Notes: a model not told the origin generated them from the sequence alone. DNA of 39,665 nucleotides from Verrucomicrobiia bacterium (GCA_035701135.1 DASSNZ010000420.1:1-39665), one strand, 5' to 3'; shown: positions 1-9,264, counted from the stretch's first letter. Numbers and translations are program-made.

Positions 1-2
1 TT

Positions 3-1196
3 GCGCCGCTGGTGTTTTCCTCGGTGATTGCGACGATGGTTTCGCGGAGTTTTTTTGGAATCAAACCGTGGTACACGGTTCCGCCGTTCGAGTTCACGCG
101 GGTGACGCAACTGCCGTGGTTCATCCTGTTAGGCATTCTGGCGGGAATGCTGGGCGCGTTTTTTCTGAAAATGCTCCAGGTCAGCGGAGATATTTTTAAA
201 AAAATTCCGCTGCCGCTCTATATTCGGATGACGCTCGGCGGACTGATTGTCGGCGCAATTTCCATCAAGTTCCCGGGCGTCTGGGGAAATGGATACGAGG
301 TGACGAACCGGATTCTCCAGGATACAACACAACTGCTTCCGGAATTTTCGCACAGCCGGGATCTGCTGTTCGTGATCCTGTTAGGCGTGCTCGTCGCGAA
401 ATTTGTCGCGACACTGGCGACGGTGGGATCAGGCGCGGTGGGCGGCGTTTTCACACCGACGCTTTTTCTGGGCGCAAGCCTTGGCGCGGCATTTGGAACA
501 GGGCTTCATCAACTTGGCGGCGGACGGGAATTGCCCGTGGCCGCGTTCGCGCTGGTGGGAATGGGAAGCATGTTGGCGGCGACGACTCGCTCGCCGCTGC
601 TGGCGATGATCATGGTTTTTGAAATTTCGCTGGATTATTCGCTGATGCCGCCGCTGATGCTCGGATGCGTTGTTTCCATTCTCGTCGCGGGCCGGTTCGT
701 CTCCGAATCGGTTTACACCGAGCCGCTGCGGCGCAAGGGATTCATCGTTCGCCAGGAATCCACGCGGCCAGGAACAGCCACGGAACGAACTGTCGGCGAC
801 ATCATGCGTGAACCGATTCCGCCGTTGCGCGAGAACGCGACAATGAATCAGATTGCCGAGCGATTTCTCAGCAGTTCAAACAATTTTCTGCCGGTGGTGG
901 ACGCGAAGGAACGATTCATCGGGCTGGTCGCATTGCTGGATCTAAAGGAATATCTCGGTGCGGGCGCTGAATTGAACGCGGTGATTGCCTACGATGTGAT
1001 GCGTCCGCCGCCGCCATGCGTGACGCCGAATCAGCGTCTGCTGGACATTTTGCCCGTGGTGCTTTCAAGCGAGCAGAGAAATATTCCGGTGGTCAATTCG
1101 TTGAAGGAAAACCGGCTGGTCGGCGCAATCGCACGCGCGGAAGTTTTGAACCTGTTCTCGGAAGCCATTGCGGAAAGCAGCACGCAAGGGGAATGA
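3..1196 (+). CDS. ClC-family chloride channel/antiporter, C-terminal part with CBS pair (5' end outside window)
   Basis: The ORF is open to the window edge. It has several hydrophobic helices, the ClC-like motif GAVGGVFTPTLFLGASLG and RSPLLAMIMVFEIS. The C-terminal ~150 aa shows a tandem CBS pattern (VGDIMREP...FLPVVD; VMRPPP...IPVVN...LVGAI). Confidence 0.85.
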   Translation, partial: APLVFSSVIATMVSRSFFGIKPWYTVPPFEFTRVTQLPWFILLGILAGMLGAFFLKMLQVSGDIFKKIPLPLYIRMTLGGLIVGAISIKFPGVWGNGYEVTNRILQDTTQLLPEFSHSRDLLFVILLGVLVAKFVATLATVGSGAVGGVFTPTLFLGASLGAAFGTGLHQLGGGRELPVAAFALVGMGSMLAATTRSPLLAMIMVFEISLDYSLMPPLMLGCVVSILVAGRFVSESVYTEPLRRKGFIVRQESTRPGTATERTVGDIMREPIPPLRENATMNQIAERFLSSSNNFLPVVDAKERFIGLVALLDLKEYLGAGAELNAVIAYDVMRPPPPCVTPNQRLLDILPVVLSSEQRNIPVVNSLKENRLVGAIARAEVLNLFSEAIAESSTQGE

Positions 1197-1203
1197 AGTT
1201 TCA

Positions 1204-1281
1204 GGTTCGGATTTTTCAAACAAGGAATTGGAAATCCGAAGTTCGAAAACCGAAATCCGAAAGAAGCCCGAATCCGAAAAC
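1204..1281. repeat. Low-complexity periodic CCGAA(A/T) array with an inverted partner (ggttcggattttt / aaatccgaa...)
   Basis: Direct reading: ggaaatccgaagttcgaaaaccgaaatccgaaagaagcccgaatccgaaaac. It lies in the spacer between two convergent genes. The same motif family occurs at 18640-18760 and 39461-39500. Confidence 0.6.
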
Positions 1282-1416
1282 ATAAATTTCAACTTTCTCG
1301 AAAATTCTGAAACCGTTTTTGATCTTTCTGTAAACATAGTGCCTGCAAAACAATTTTTTCCGAAAACGGACAACATTCGTAATTTTGCCGAGGTTAATTC
1401 GATAACTCTTCCGTTT

Positions 1417-2691
1417 TCAATTGCCCAGCGGACGCGCGCCGGTTTCGCCAGGGCTTGCGGGCATTTTGAATTGCTCGACGGAATCCGGATGCGCGGGATC
1501 GAATCCTTTGAAGTCGTCGGAAATATATTTCGCGAGGCCGAGCTTGTCATTTTGGATTCCCTGCACGACGCATTTCGCCAGTTCGTAGCTGCCGTAATTG
1601 TTGTGATGCGTTCCATCCTGAAACGCTTTGTCGAGATTGGTTCCAAGACTTTTATATAAAATTTTGCTCATCGCATTCAGGTCAATCAACGCGGCGTTTT
1701 CCTCCTTCGCGACTTCGCGGACGGCATCGGGATAACCCGCGAGCGTATCGTGCTCAACACCCGCTTTGCGTTCCATGGAAGTGACAAGGATGGGGATGCC
1801 GCCTTTTTTCCGCGCGCCGGAAATGAATTTTTTCAGATTGGATTTGTAATCTTCCAAAGCGTCAGGCGCGTGGTCTTTCATGTCGTTATGACCGTATTGG
1901 ATGAGCAAATAATCTCCGGGCTTCATCGCGCTGAGAACTTTGTCCAGCCGTTTTGCGCCGAGCGAACTTTTCAACGTCTCGCCGGATTCGGCGTTGTTCG
2001 CGATTGCGATTTCCGAATTAAAAAATCGCGGCAGCATCTGGCCCCAACTGTTCCACGGCTCCCTGGGTTGATCGCAAACGGTGGAATCGCCAAGCAGAAA
2101 AACGGTGGGAACGTCGTCGGCGCGAACAATTTTCAGCGCGCACACGCACGGACGCGCGCCGTTGAATTCCAGCGTGAGTTTTTCGTCCCACGCCCATATT
2201 TCCGTGGAACGCTCGCGACTTTTGAGTTTCACCGCGCCATCGCCGGGAATTTTCGGCGTCCGGACATTGACGACGAAGCTGCGCGTGATGAATTGCCCTT
2301 TGGCCGTTTGCGCGTTCTCGATCATCAACCTGCGAAGCTCGGCCTTGATCGTATTCGTGGAAGCGCCTTCGGAATCGCCGAGTGTGACGGTGACTTTGTA
2401 ATTTCCCTCGGGCAGCGCGACGGAAAAATAAAACGGCTTGTCGCTCGCGCAAAAATCCGAGCGCAACGGATCGGAACCGCCGCGGTCAACCGCACCAGGC
2501 GTCGCGCCCGGCTCGAAACCAAAACCGGTTTCCCTGCTGTAAATATTTTCTGGAAGAACTCGCGTATAACCAGGCGCGACTTTGCCGGGACCAAAATCGA
2601 ATTGCATCGGCGCGGTGTTCGCGGCGGGAACGGGCGCAACAAAACAAAATAAAATGGCGGCGGAAATCGAAAATATGGCTTTGGAATTCAT
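1417..2691 (-). CDS. Secreted SGNH/GDSL hydrolase, rhamnogalacturonan acetylesterase-like, with an N-terminal beta-sandwich region
   Basis: The start was trimmed to ATG 2691 (MNSKAIFSISAAILFCFVAPVPAA, a signal peptide). SGNH blocks are present: FLLGDSTVCDQ, GHNDMK, DGTHHNNYG. The ATG overlaps the upstream stop by 4 nt (ATGA). Confidence 0.8.
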   Translation of the reverse strand: MNSKAIFSISAAILFCFVAPVPAANTAPMQFDFGPGKVAPGYTRVLPENIYSRETGFGFEPGATPGAVDRGGSDPLRSDFCASDKPFYFSVALPEGNYKVTVTLGDSEGASTNTIKAELRRLMIENAQTAKGQFITRSFVVNVRTPKIPGDGAVKLKSRERSTEIWAWDEKLTLEFNGARPCVCALKIVRADDVPTVFLLGDSTVCDQPREPWNSWGQMLPRFFNSEIAIANNAESGETLKSSLGAKRLDKVLSAMKPGDYLLIQYGHNDMKDHAPDALEDYKSNLKKFISGARKKGGIPILVTSMERKAGVEHDTLAGYPDAVREVAKEENAALIDLNAMSKILYKSLGTNLDKAFQDGTHHNNYGSYELAKCVVQGIQNDKLGLAKYISDDFKGFDPAHPDSVEQFKMPASPGETGARPLGN

Positions 2692-3431
2692 TTGAATGAT
2701 ACGAGTGAATCGGATTTTGGAGCGGATGGTTTGCTGAATTGACCGATGCGAAGAAACTGGATGGTTTGCCGAATGGCTTCGCGATTTCGCGTGATGAACG
2801 GATGCGTGGCGTGAACGACAACGTGGTCGCGCATTCCGGCCAGCTTCGTTCTGGCGACGGAAACTTTCCCGTCGTCGCAACCGGGAATCAGCGCGCTGTT
2901 GATCCAGTTGATCGAGCGGTCGCCGGCGATGACGCCGACCGCGAAGTTTACGGAATTCAAAGTGTTAGGCGTTGAATTTTCGTCCGTGCCCAATTCGTTT
3001 CCCGCCGGGCCGTTGATGATTTTGAAAAGGCGAAACCCGCCGAGTTTGTCCACGACTTCGCTGCCCTGATTCGGCGGCGCGAGCATGACGACGCGGCCCA
3101 GCGCGGGAATCGCGTGCCGCGCGAGGTAGCTGCGCACGAGAATGCCGCCCATGGAATGTGTGACGAAATGGATTTGCGCCGCGCCGTCGCGCTCGCATTC
3201 GCCGACCGCTTTTCCGATCGCGTCATCCGCGAGTTTCTGAATGGATGCGGTGCGTGAAGGATAGTTCACGTTTCGCACGTTGTAACCGGCTTCGGTCAGC
3301 GCGCGTTCCATTTTTTTCATCGAATGACTGGTGCGGCATAATCCGTGCAGCAGGATCACGTCTTCACGCGCGCCGGAGCCGGAGGAACAAAATACGGAGA
3401 CGGCCATGAGAAAAATTATTTTCGAGAGCAT
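2688..3431 (-). CDS. Secreted alpha/beta-fold hydrolase (esterase/lipase-like)
   Basis: N-terminal signal peptide, an HG oxyanion-type motif (VILLHGL) and the nucleophile elbow THSMGG. It is translationally coupled to the downstream SGNH hydrolase. Confidence 0.8.
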   Translation of the reverse strand: MLSKIIFLMAVSVFCSSGSGAREDVILLHGLCRTSHSMKKMERALTEAGYNVRNVNYPSRTASIQKLADDAIGKAVGECERDGAAQIHFVTHSMGGILVRSYLARHAIPALGRVVMLAPPNQGSEVVDKLGGFRLFKIINGPAGNELGTDENSTPNTLNSVNFAVGVIAGDRSINWINSALIPGCDDGKVSVARTKLAGMRDHVVVHATHPFITRNREAIRQTIQFLRIGQFSKPSAPKSDSLVSFK

Positions 3432-3471
3432 TTCAAATCCGCCGTTTCGTTCCGGTCAATCGGGCTAAACA

Positions 3472-3500
3472 TTGACACGCGCGCGATGACGTTCCAAATT
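3472..3500 (+). promoter_or_regulatory. Possible sigma70-like promoter for the peroxiredoxin gene
   Basis: TTGACA at 3472-3477, a 17-nt spacer, then CAAATT at 3495-3500, about 40 nt upstream of ATG 3543. The -10 element is weak. Confidence 0.3.
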
Positions 3501-3542
3501 CGGAAAAACGAATAATTCCAAAACCCTGAAAAATCAAACATT

Positions 3543-4022
3543 ATGGCAATACCCGTCGGCTCAAAGGCTCCAGATTTCACGCTCAAATCGAAAACCGCGT
3601 CCGGTCTGGCGGACATAAAACTCAGCGATCATTTCGGAAAGAAAAACACGCTGCTGCTGTTTTTTCCGGCGGCGTTCACGAGTGTTTGCACGCAGGAAAT
3701 GTGCGACATCACCGCAGGTTTGAATGCGTATTCCGGCCTGAACGCGGCTGTGATCGGCATCAGCGTGGACACTCCGTTCGCGCAGGAGGCCTGGGCGCAA
3801 AAAGAAAAAATTTCAATTCCGCTCGCCAGCGATTTGAACAAGGAAACGATAAAAAAATACGACGTCGTTTTCCCGATGCTCGCCGGCGTGGGCGACACCG
3901 CGGCGCGCGCGGCGTTTGTGATTGATAAAAACGGTGTCGTGCAATACAGCGAGCAAACTCCAACGCCAAAGGATTTGCCAAACTTTGACGCAATCAAAGC
4001 GACGCTGGCGAAGCTGGGTTAA
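3543..4022 (+). CDS. Peroxiredoxin (AhpC/TSA family, AhpE/redoxin-like)
   Basis: The PxxxTxxC active-site motif (FPAAFTSVCTQE), KAPDFTL near the N-terminus, and a typical ~160 aa length. Confidence 0.9.
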   Translation: MAIPVGSKAPDFTLKSKTASGLADIKLSDHFGKKNTLLLFFPAAFTSVCTQEMCDITAGLNAYSGLNAAVIGISVDTPFAQEAWAQKEKISIPLASDLNKETIKKYDVVFPMLAGVGDTAARAAFVIDKNGVVQYSEQTPTPKDLPNFDAIKATLAKLG

Positions 4023-4102
4023 CTTTGACCCTTGCAAAAAACTTCGGCGCTTCGCCGTGGCGCGGGCGAATGCCCGCGGGTTTCCGAGCAGAAAATTGAA
4101 AT

Positions 4103-4133
4103 GCACGGGCAGAATGCCCGTGCCATTTTTTTT
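4103..4133 (+). terminator. Rho-independent terminator after the peroxiredoxin gene
   Basis: gcacgggca-gaa-tgcccgtgc forms a 9-bp stem and is followed by ca + T8. Confidence 0.7.
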
Positions 4134-4159
4134 GCACAGATCCTGCTGTTGGATTTCGC

Positions 4160-4342
4160 ATGAGCGCAGAAGTTTTTATCGGAATGATTGAGGAAATGAT
4201 CGAAATCAAAGTCCAGCAACACGCCGAGATGCGTTTGAAAACGAACGCGGAAGTCACGAAAGTTTTGCAGGAAAAACGCGAGACGGATCGCCGTCGCCTG
4301 CAACAGATTAAATCGGAACTGGCGAGATTGCTTGGAAATTGA
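4160..4342 (+). CDS. Hypothetical small coiled-coil protein (60 aa)
   Basis: An isolated ORF that starts after the terminator. The sequence is helical and charged (RRLQQIKSELARLLGN). I see no clear RBS and recognise no family. Confidence 0.25.
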   Translation: MSAEVFIGMIEEMIEIKVQQHAEMRLKTNAEVTKVLQEKRETDRRRLQQIKSELARLLGN

Positions 4343-4539
4343 AACGAAAAATGCTTCGGAAAACGCGGGCCGGAGTTGATTTGCAATTTGAGAAATTTTT
4401 CGTAATTGAGAATTTTTAAATTATTCCGCGCTTTTTTCTCCGCGCCCGGAAAGCAGAACCGTTTTCGTTCCAGATTGCAAACCGCCGATTCGCCGGATTT
4501 TGAAATTTTCGGCGGTTGCAGGCGGCTGAAACGTTCGGG

Positions 4540-4713
4540 TCAATTCGCCAAAACGAGACGCGCCACCACCGCCAACTCCAGAAACAGGACAATCAGAATC
4601 ATCGCGTCGAGAGCTCTGAATCGCGCGCCGTGCGGCTGGTTCACCGGCGCAAGCGTGGATGTGTAGAAATCAGCCTGGAGAGGCGGTTTGCCATTCGAAG
4701 CAATTGCTTTCAT
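4540..4713 (-). CDS. Hypothetical small tail-anchored membrane protein (57 aa)
   Basis: ATG at 4713 is preceded by gagagaagg, which is SD-like. The C-terminal hydrophobic helix is AMILIVLFLELAVVARLVLAN. An inverted repeat aaccgccga/tcggcggtt (4480-4517) lies just downstream of the stop. This is only the 3' part of the long 4540..5304 track ORF, which otherwise shadows the + strand gene. Confidence 0.3.
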   Translation of the reverse strand: MKAIASNGKPPLQADFYTSTLAPVNQPHGARFRALDAMILIVLFLELAVVARLVLAN

Positions 4714-4827
4714 GCCTTCTCTCAAGCAAGGATCGGGCCGGGTTCGCGGGATGTGAAATTTCGCGAAAAACGAGGAAAAAACCCCATTCCGCCCTTTGCC
4801 TCGAGTGTCTAGAACTTGGAGGAATTT

Positions 4828-5586
4828 ATGAAAACGAACCCGAAAACGCCCGGCTTGAGAGTCCTTCATTCTGTCGCCGCGTGCATTCTGGCCATGTCCG
4901 CATTGCCGCTGACCGGTTGCCGCACGGCGGGATTTAAAAAAAGCGACGCCGCGGCGGACAGTTTGCGGCAATCGAGCGCGGCAGTTCAGGCGGAAAGCCG
5001 CGCGCTTGGCGCGACGATTCAATCGCTGAATCATCTGGTCAACACGCCTCAAGGCGATTTGCGCCGGCAATACAAAGCGTTCGGTAATTCGCTCGACCGC
5101 CTCATCGCGCGATGCGACGAGGCGGACGGAGCATTGCAAAAAATCCGGGAGCGCAGGGACAATTATCTGAAGGCCTGGAACAATGAATTGTCCACAATGA
5201 CTTTTGAAATCGTGCGGGACAACAGCGAAGCGCGCCGTTCGGCGGTGAGCAATCAACTCGACACGATCTGTCAGCGCTACGAGCAGACGCAAACCGTCGT
5301 GCATCCGCTCATCGCGTATTTCCAGGATATTCGCAAAACGCTCGACCCGGATTTAACGCTGGGCGGGCTGGAATCGGTGAAAAACCTCGTTGCGAAAACG
5401 GAAAATAACACGCGGAAAGTCCAATCCGCTCTCGCGCAGTTGACCGGAGAACTCGCCGAATCGGGAAATCGCCTTTCCTCAACAATCGTGGCGGAAGCGA
5501 ATTCAAATCGGGAAATGAATTCCAGCAGCGCGCCATCTTTGCAATCGCGGAACAACGATCCGGGCGAGCAAACCGCGACGCGCTAA
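4828..5586 (+). CDS. Lipoprotein of unknown function, coiled-coil rich
   Basis: GGAGGA at 4818-4823 lies 4 nt before ATG 4828. There is a signal peptide with a lipobox (LPLTGC). The mature part is helical and Q/R/L-rich. Confidence 0.75.
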   Translation: MKTNPKTPGLRVLHSVAACILAMSALPLTGCRTAGFKKSDAAADSLRQSSAAVQAESRALGATIQSLNHLVNTPQGDLRRQYKAFGNSLDRLIARCDEADGALQKIRERRDNYLKAWNNELSTMTFEIVRDNSEARRSAVSNQLDTICQRYEQTQTVVHPLIAYFQDIRKTLDPDLTLGGLESVKNLVAKTENNTRKVQSALAQLTGELAESGNRLSSTIVAEANSNREMNSSSAPSLQSRNNDPGEQTATR

Positions 5587-5589
5587 ATG

Positions 5590-5994
5590 TTAGGAATTTC
5601 CCGCGCGACTCCGCCGTTTCAGGCGCGCGTAAATGACGCGCGCCACGGTGGATTTGAGAAGAAACTGAGCCTGCGCAAGCGCGTCATCGAGCCGCGCGCA
5701 TTCTTCCAGTTCGGATTCATTCAAGGGCGTTTGCGCGGCCAGAATCGCCGCCGCTTTGCAGCATTCCTCGCGCATCGCGTCAATCTGTCCGGCCAGCCGG
5801 GCGGTGCGTCCAATCGGCAAAACGGCTTTTGTTTTCTTCGCATTCACTTTCACGCCAATACGGTTCCTTCTCCCGCGCGGGGCGTCATTCGGCGGACGGC
5901 TGATTTCCGGCTCGGTGTTTGTCTTACAATTGGATTCGCGCCGGGCGTATCGCGAAATTGGAAGTTCAAAATGCGATTTTCGGTGTGAATTCAT
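5590..5994 (-). CDS. Hypothetical protein with a basic N-terminus and helical C-terminus
   Basis: The ORF fills the gap between two better-supported genes. Its C-terminal half is protein-like (LNESELEECARLDDALAQAQFLLKS). I recognise no family, and competing + strand ORFs look like arginine-rich shadow frames. Confidence 0.3.
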   Translation of the reverse strand: MNSHRKSHFELPISRYARRESNCKTNTEPEISRPPNDAPRGRRNRIGVKVNAKKTKAVLPIGRTARLAGQIDAMREECCKAAAILAAQTPLNESELEECARLDDALAQAQFLLKSTVARVIYARLKRRSRAGNS

Positions 5995-6079
5995 CTCATT
6001 TTTCGCGATTTTCCGGCGGAATTGCGTGGCACGCTTTGCGCTTTCAATGAGCGGGATTCACGTTGTTTCCCAAACCCGT

Positions 6080-6859
6080 ATGAACCTTTTTCGAAATCGC
6101 AGGCGATTGTTTCAAAGCGCGTTGGCGTTTGTTTTTTCAATTTGGCTGGGCGCGGCGCATTCGGTCGCATCAACCGCCGAGGAAACTTTTCCAATTTTCC
6201 AAACGCGCACGGCCACGTACACAAACGTGACAGTCACAACCAAATCGAAAAATTATGTTTTCATTCTGCATTCTGCCGGAATGGCGAATATTGCAATCGA
6301 AGATTTGACTCCAGAATTGAAAGAGACGCTCGGTTACGCGACGAAAACGGAGAAACACACGTTCGCCGGTTCCATTCTTCCCAAAAACCTGATGCCGAAA
6401 ATCAGCGGGCAATTCAAACCGTTGGAAGATTTGTGGCGCGAACGCGTTCAGCCAAAACTGAATCATCGGATTTCAAAAAATACACTCGATATTATTTTTG
6501 CGATCTCGCTCGTTTCATATTTGTTTTTTTGTTTCTGCTGCCAGTTGATTTGCAGGAAAGCGGGAAAACCGGCGGGGTTCCTGATTTGGATTCCGGTCGC
6601 GCAATGGATTCCGCTGCTGCGCGCCGCCGGAATGTCGGGCTGGTGGTTTTTGGCGATGTTCGTTCCGCTTTTGAATGTGATCGCGATTATTTTATTTTCA
6701 TTGAAAATCGCCAAAGCGCGCGGCAAAAGCGCTCTCGTCGGCGTGCTGCTCCTTCTGCCGGTTACGAATTTTATCGCGTTTCTTTACCTTGCCTTCTCAG
6801 GTGAACCGAAAAAAGAAGAGGGCAAAAAGTATCGCAGCATGAGTTTGCAAACCGCGTAA
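6080..6859 (+). CDS. Membrane protein with an N-terminal signal peptide, a periplasmic domain and a C-terminal multi-TM region (DUF5684-like, by recollection)
   Basis: Trimmed to ATG 6080 (MNLFRNRRRLFQSALAFVFSIWLGAAHSVAS). The C-terminal segment GFLIWIPVAQWIPLLRAAGMSGWWFLAMFVPLLNVIAIILF is typical of that small membrane domain. Confidence 0.7.
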   Translation: MNLFRNRRRLFQSALAFVFSIWLGAAHSVASTAEETFPIFQTRTATYTNVTVTTKSKNYVFILHSAGMANIAIEDLTPELKETLGYATKTEKHTFAGSILPKNLMPKISGQFKPLEDLWRERVQPKLNHRISKNTLDIIFAISLVSYLFFCFCCQLICRKAGKPAGFLIWIPVAQWIPLLRAAGMSGWWFLAMFVPLLNVIAIILFSLKIAKARGKSALVGVLLLLPVTNFIAFLYLAFSGEPKKEEGKKYRSMSLQTA

Positions 6860-6951
6860 ATTTTCGAAGGTTTTAAGCAGAATTTACAGAATGACGGAAT
6901 TGGATTCCTCGCCAAAGTATTCTGATATGATGTCCTTCTGTCAGAAATAAT

Positions 6952-6977
6952 CCTCTGCACCTCAGTGTCTCTGCGTT
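6952..6977. repeat. Solo arm of the CTCTGCG..CTCTGCG hairpin-repeat family
   Basis: cctctgcacctcagtgtctctgcgtt closely resembles ctctgcgcctcagcgcctctgcgtt, which is found three times in 32680-33125. Confidence 0.5.
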
Positions 6978-7072
6978 AAAATTGAGATTGCCTCGTTTTA
7001 ATCCGTTTCAAAATAAGAGACGTCAGCCGATGCGCTTGCTCCGGCGTGCGCGGCTTGGCAGACTGAGCGGAA

Positions 7073-8245
7073 ATGCGCGAAACATTGCGTGATTGGACCG
7101 AAAGCGCGGAAACGTTCGTGCTGGAGGTTATTTTTGAGGAACGCCGCGGCACTGCCGCCGCGCTGGTGCGCGCCATTCTTTACCTGATTTCGCGGTTGTT
7201 TCAGGTTGCGGTGAAAACGCGCCAGTTCCTTTACAACGTCCGAATTCTTCGCGATTCCACGCTCGGCGTTCAGGTGATTGCCATCGGAAATCTCACCGTC
7301 GGCGGAACGGGAAAAACGCCGGTTGTCGAAAAATTCGCCCGCGAACTTCAGGACCAGGGACGCACCGTGGCGATTCTCTCGCGCGGCTATCGTTCCAAGC
7401 CGCGTCCGCTGCATCAGCAATTGCTCAACAAACTCTTTCTTCGCGAGGACACCACGCCGCCGCGAATTGTTTCCGACGGCAAATCGCTCCTGCTCGACTC
7501 GGAAACCGCCGGCGACGAGCCTTACATGCTTGCGTCGAATCTCAAAGACGTTGTCGTTCTCGTGGACAAAGACCGCGTGAAAGCGGGCCGCTACGCGATT
7601 GAGAAATTCGGCTGCGACACGCTGCTGCTCGACGACGGATTTCAATATTGGAAACTGCGCGGACGACGCCAGGACATCGTGCTGATTGATCGCCAGCAAC
7701 CTTTCGGCAACGAACTGCTTCTGCCGCGCGGAACCTTGCGCGAACCGCCGTCGCATCTGGCGCGGGCCAGCACGATTTTCATCACGAAAAGCAACGGCGA
7801 AACCGCCGAATTGCGCCGGCGCATTTCGGAACTGAATCCCACGGCGGGAATCATCGAGTGCGTTCACCATCCGCTTTATCTCGAAGACGTTTTCACCGGC
7901 GAACGTCTGGAATTGGATTTTCTGAAAGGCCGGCGCGTCGCGTCCTTCAGCGGCATCGCGCAACCCGAAAGTTTTGAACAGGGACTCGTCAATCTCGGCG
8001 CGGAACTGGTTTATTCCAAACGATTCGCTGACCACCATCGCTTCACGCAACAGGAGGTTTTGAACGCGATCAACCGCAGCAAAAAACGCCAGGCGCAAAC
8101 CATCGTGACCACGCAAAAAGACGCGGTGCGTTTTCCAAAACTGGATCGCCGCGATCTGCCGATTTATTTCATGCGCGTGGAAATTAAAATCGTGAGCGGC
8201 GCGGATGACTTCCGCGATTGCGTCCGCCGAATCTGCTTTCGCTGA
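7073..8245 (+). CDS. lpxK: Tetraacyldisaccharide 4'-kinase
   Basis: P-loop GNLTVGGTGKTPVV, then SRGY and DDGFQ motifs, and a typical length. Confidence 0.9.
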   Translation: MRETLRDWTESAETFVLEVIFEERRGTAAALVRAILYLISRLFQVAVKTRQFLYNVRILRDSTLGVQVIAIGNLTVGGTGKTPVVEKFARELQDQGRTVAILSRGYRSKPRPLHQQLLNKLFLREDTTPPRIVSDGKSLLLDSETAGDEPYMLASNLKDVVVLVDKDRVKAGRYAIEKFGCDTLLLDDGFQYWKLRGRRQDIVLIDRQQPFGNELLLPRGTLREPPSHLARASTIFITKSNGETAELRRRISELNPTAGIIECVHHPLYLEDVFTGERLELDFLKGRRVASFSGIAQPESFEQGLVNLGAELVYSKRFADHHRFTQQEVLNAINRSKKRQAQTIVTTQKDAVRFPKLDRRDLPIYFMRVEIKIVSGADDFRDCVRRICFR

Positions 8246-9150
8246 TGATGGAAATGTTGCTCTACGTCGTCGCGCGGATCGGTGTCGCGCTGATTCAATC
8301 GCTTCCGCTCAAAACCGTCGCGTGGATTGGCCGGCGCTGCGGCGCGATTGCGTATTGGATTGACGCGCGGCATCGTCGCGTGGCGTTGCGCAATCTGACG
8401 GCGTGTTTCGGCGCGGAAAAATCCGCGGCGGAAATTCGCGAAATCGCCCGGGAAAATTTTCGGCGGCTCGGTGAAAATTACGTTTCCGCGATCAAGACTG
8501 CGTCCATGACGCTCGACGAACTTCGGCCCCACGTTATTTTCACCGGCGACGAAGCAATTCTTTCTCCGCCGCCGGGTCAAACGCCGCGCGGCATTGTCAT
8601 CGCGATCGGGCATTTCGGAAATTTCGAGCTTTACGCGCGCTTCGGCCAATTTTGTCCCGCGTATCAATGCGCGACGACGTATCGCGGTTTGCGCCAGCCG
8701 TCGCTGAATCGTCTGATGCAATCGCTGCGCGAGCGTTCGGGCTGCTTGTTTTTTGAACGCCGGTTCGACGCCGCCGCGCTGAAAGCCGCGATGAACAAAC
8801 CCGGCATGTTGCTCGGTTTGCTTGCGGATCAGCACGCTGGAAAAAGCGGATTACGGCTTCCATTTCTCGGGCGCGATTGCTCGACTTCGCCCGCGCCAGC
8901 GCTGTTTGCTTTGCGTTATCATTGCGCGTTGCACACGGGAATTTGTTATCGCACCGGACTGGCGCAATGGCGGATCGAAGGCGGCCCGGAAATTCCGTTG
9001 CGCGAAAATGGCGTCGCGCGCTCCGTCGCCGACATCATGCGCGACGTGAATCTCGCGTTCGAAATCGCCGTGCGCCGCGATCCCGCGAACTGGTTCTGGG
9101 TTCACAATCGCTGGAAACCGCTTCGCGGGAAGTTGGAAGTTGGAAGCTAG
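8245..9150 (+). CDS. Lipid A biosynthesis (LpxL/HtrB/MsbB-type) lysophospholipid acyltransferase
   Basis: ATG 8245 overlaps the lpxK stop by 1 nt. It has an N-terminal TM helix and the acyltransferase HX4E motif (GHFGNFE). Synteny with lpxK and waaF supports the call. Confidence 0.8.
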   Translation: MMEMLLYVVARIGVALIQSLPLKTVAWIGRRCGAIAYWIDARHRRVALRNLTACFGAEKSAAEIREIARENFRRLGENYVSAIKTASMTLDELRPHVIFTGDEAILSPPPGQTPRGIVIAIGHFGNFELYARFGQFCPAYQCATTYRGLRQPSLNRLMQSLRERSGCLFFERRFDAAALKAAMNKPGMLLGLLADQHAGKSGLRLPFLGRDCSTSPAPALFALRYHCALHTGICYRTGLAQWRIEGGPEIPLRENGVARSVADIMRDVNLAFEIAVRRDPANWFWVHNRWKPLRGKLEVGS

Positions 9151-9264
9151 AGTTTGGAAGATGGAAATGATGACGACAACGCTTTTAGCAAATAAGTAAA
9201 ATTTGAAATTGTTTAATGCGAGTCCTCTCCCCAACTCCCAACTCTCAACTTCCAGCTTCCATCC
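9128..9264. repeat. Imperfect inverted repeat of GGAAGTTG-type octamers bracketing the spacer between the acyltransferase and waaF
   Basis: Left arm: ggaagttggaagttggaagctagagtttggaag. Right arm: ccccaactcccaactctcaacttccagcttcc. The arms encode the last residues of the upstream gene (KLEVGS) and the first residues of waaF (SPTPNSQLPAS). Confidence 0.6.

Noticed and set aside
4714-5304. Upper part of the 254-aa minus ORF 4540..5304
   Set aside because: It overlaps the lipoprotein gene, which is better supported by a strong GGAGGA RBS and a lipobox. Only the last 57 codons, downstream of an internal ATG with an SD-like sequence, were retained as a weak candidate.
5587-6079. Plus-strand ORF 5587..5988 and the N-terminal extension (5756-6079) of the 367-aa ORF
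   Set aside because: They are arginine-rich with no motifs. The signal-peptide-bearing start at 6080 (or 6047) gives a sensible exported membrane protein.
6998-8116. 372-aa minus-strand ORF opposite lpxK, and similar long antisense ORFs: 1750..2652 +, 8164..8835 -, 18908..19909 -, 20317..21216 -, 21568..22650 +, 23332..24723 -, 27312..28028 +, 28428..29267 +, 31504..32115 -
   Set aside because: Each lies fully inside a confidently identified gene on the other strand. Each has an Arg/Ala/Gly-rich, motif-free composition, typical of shadow frames in GC-rich DNA.
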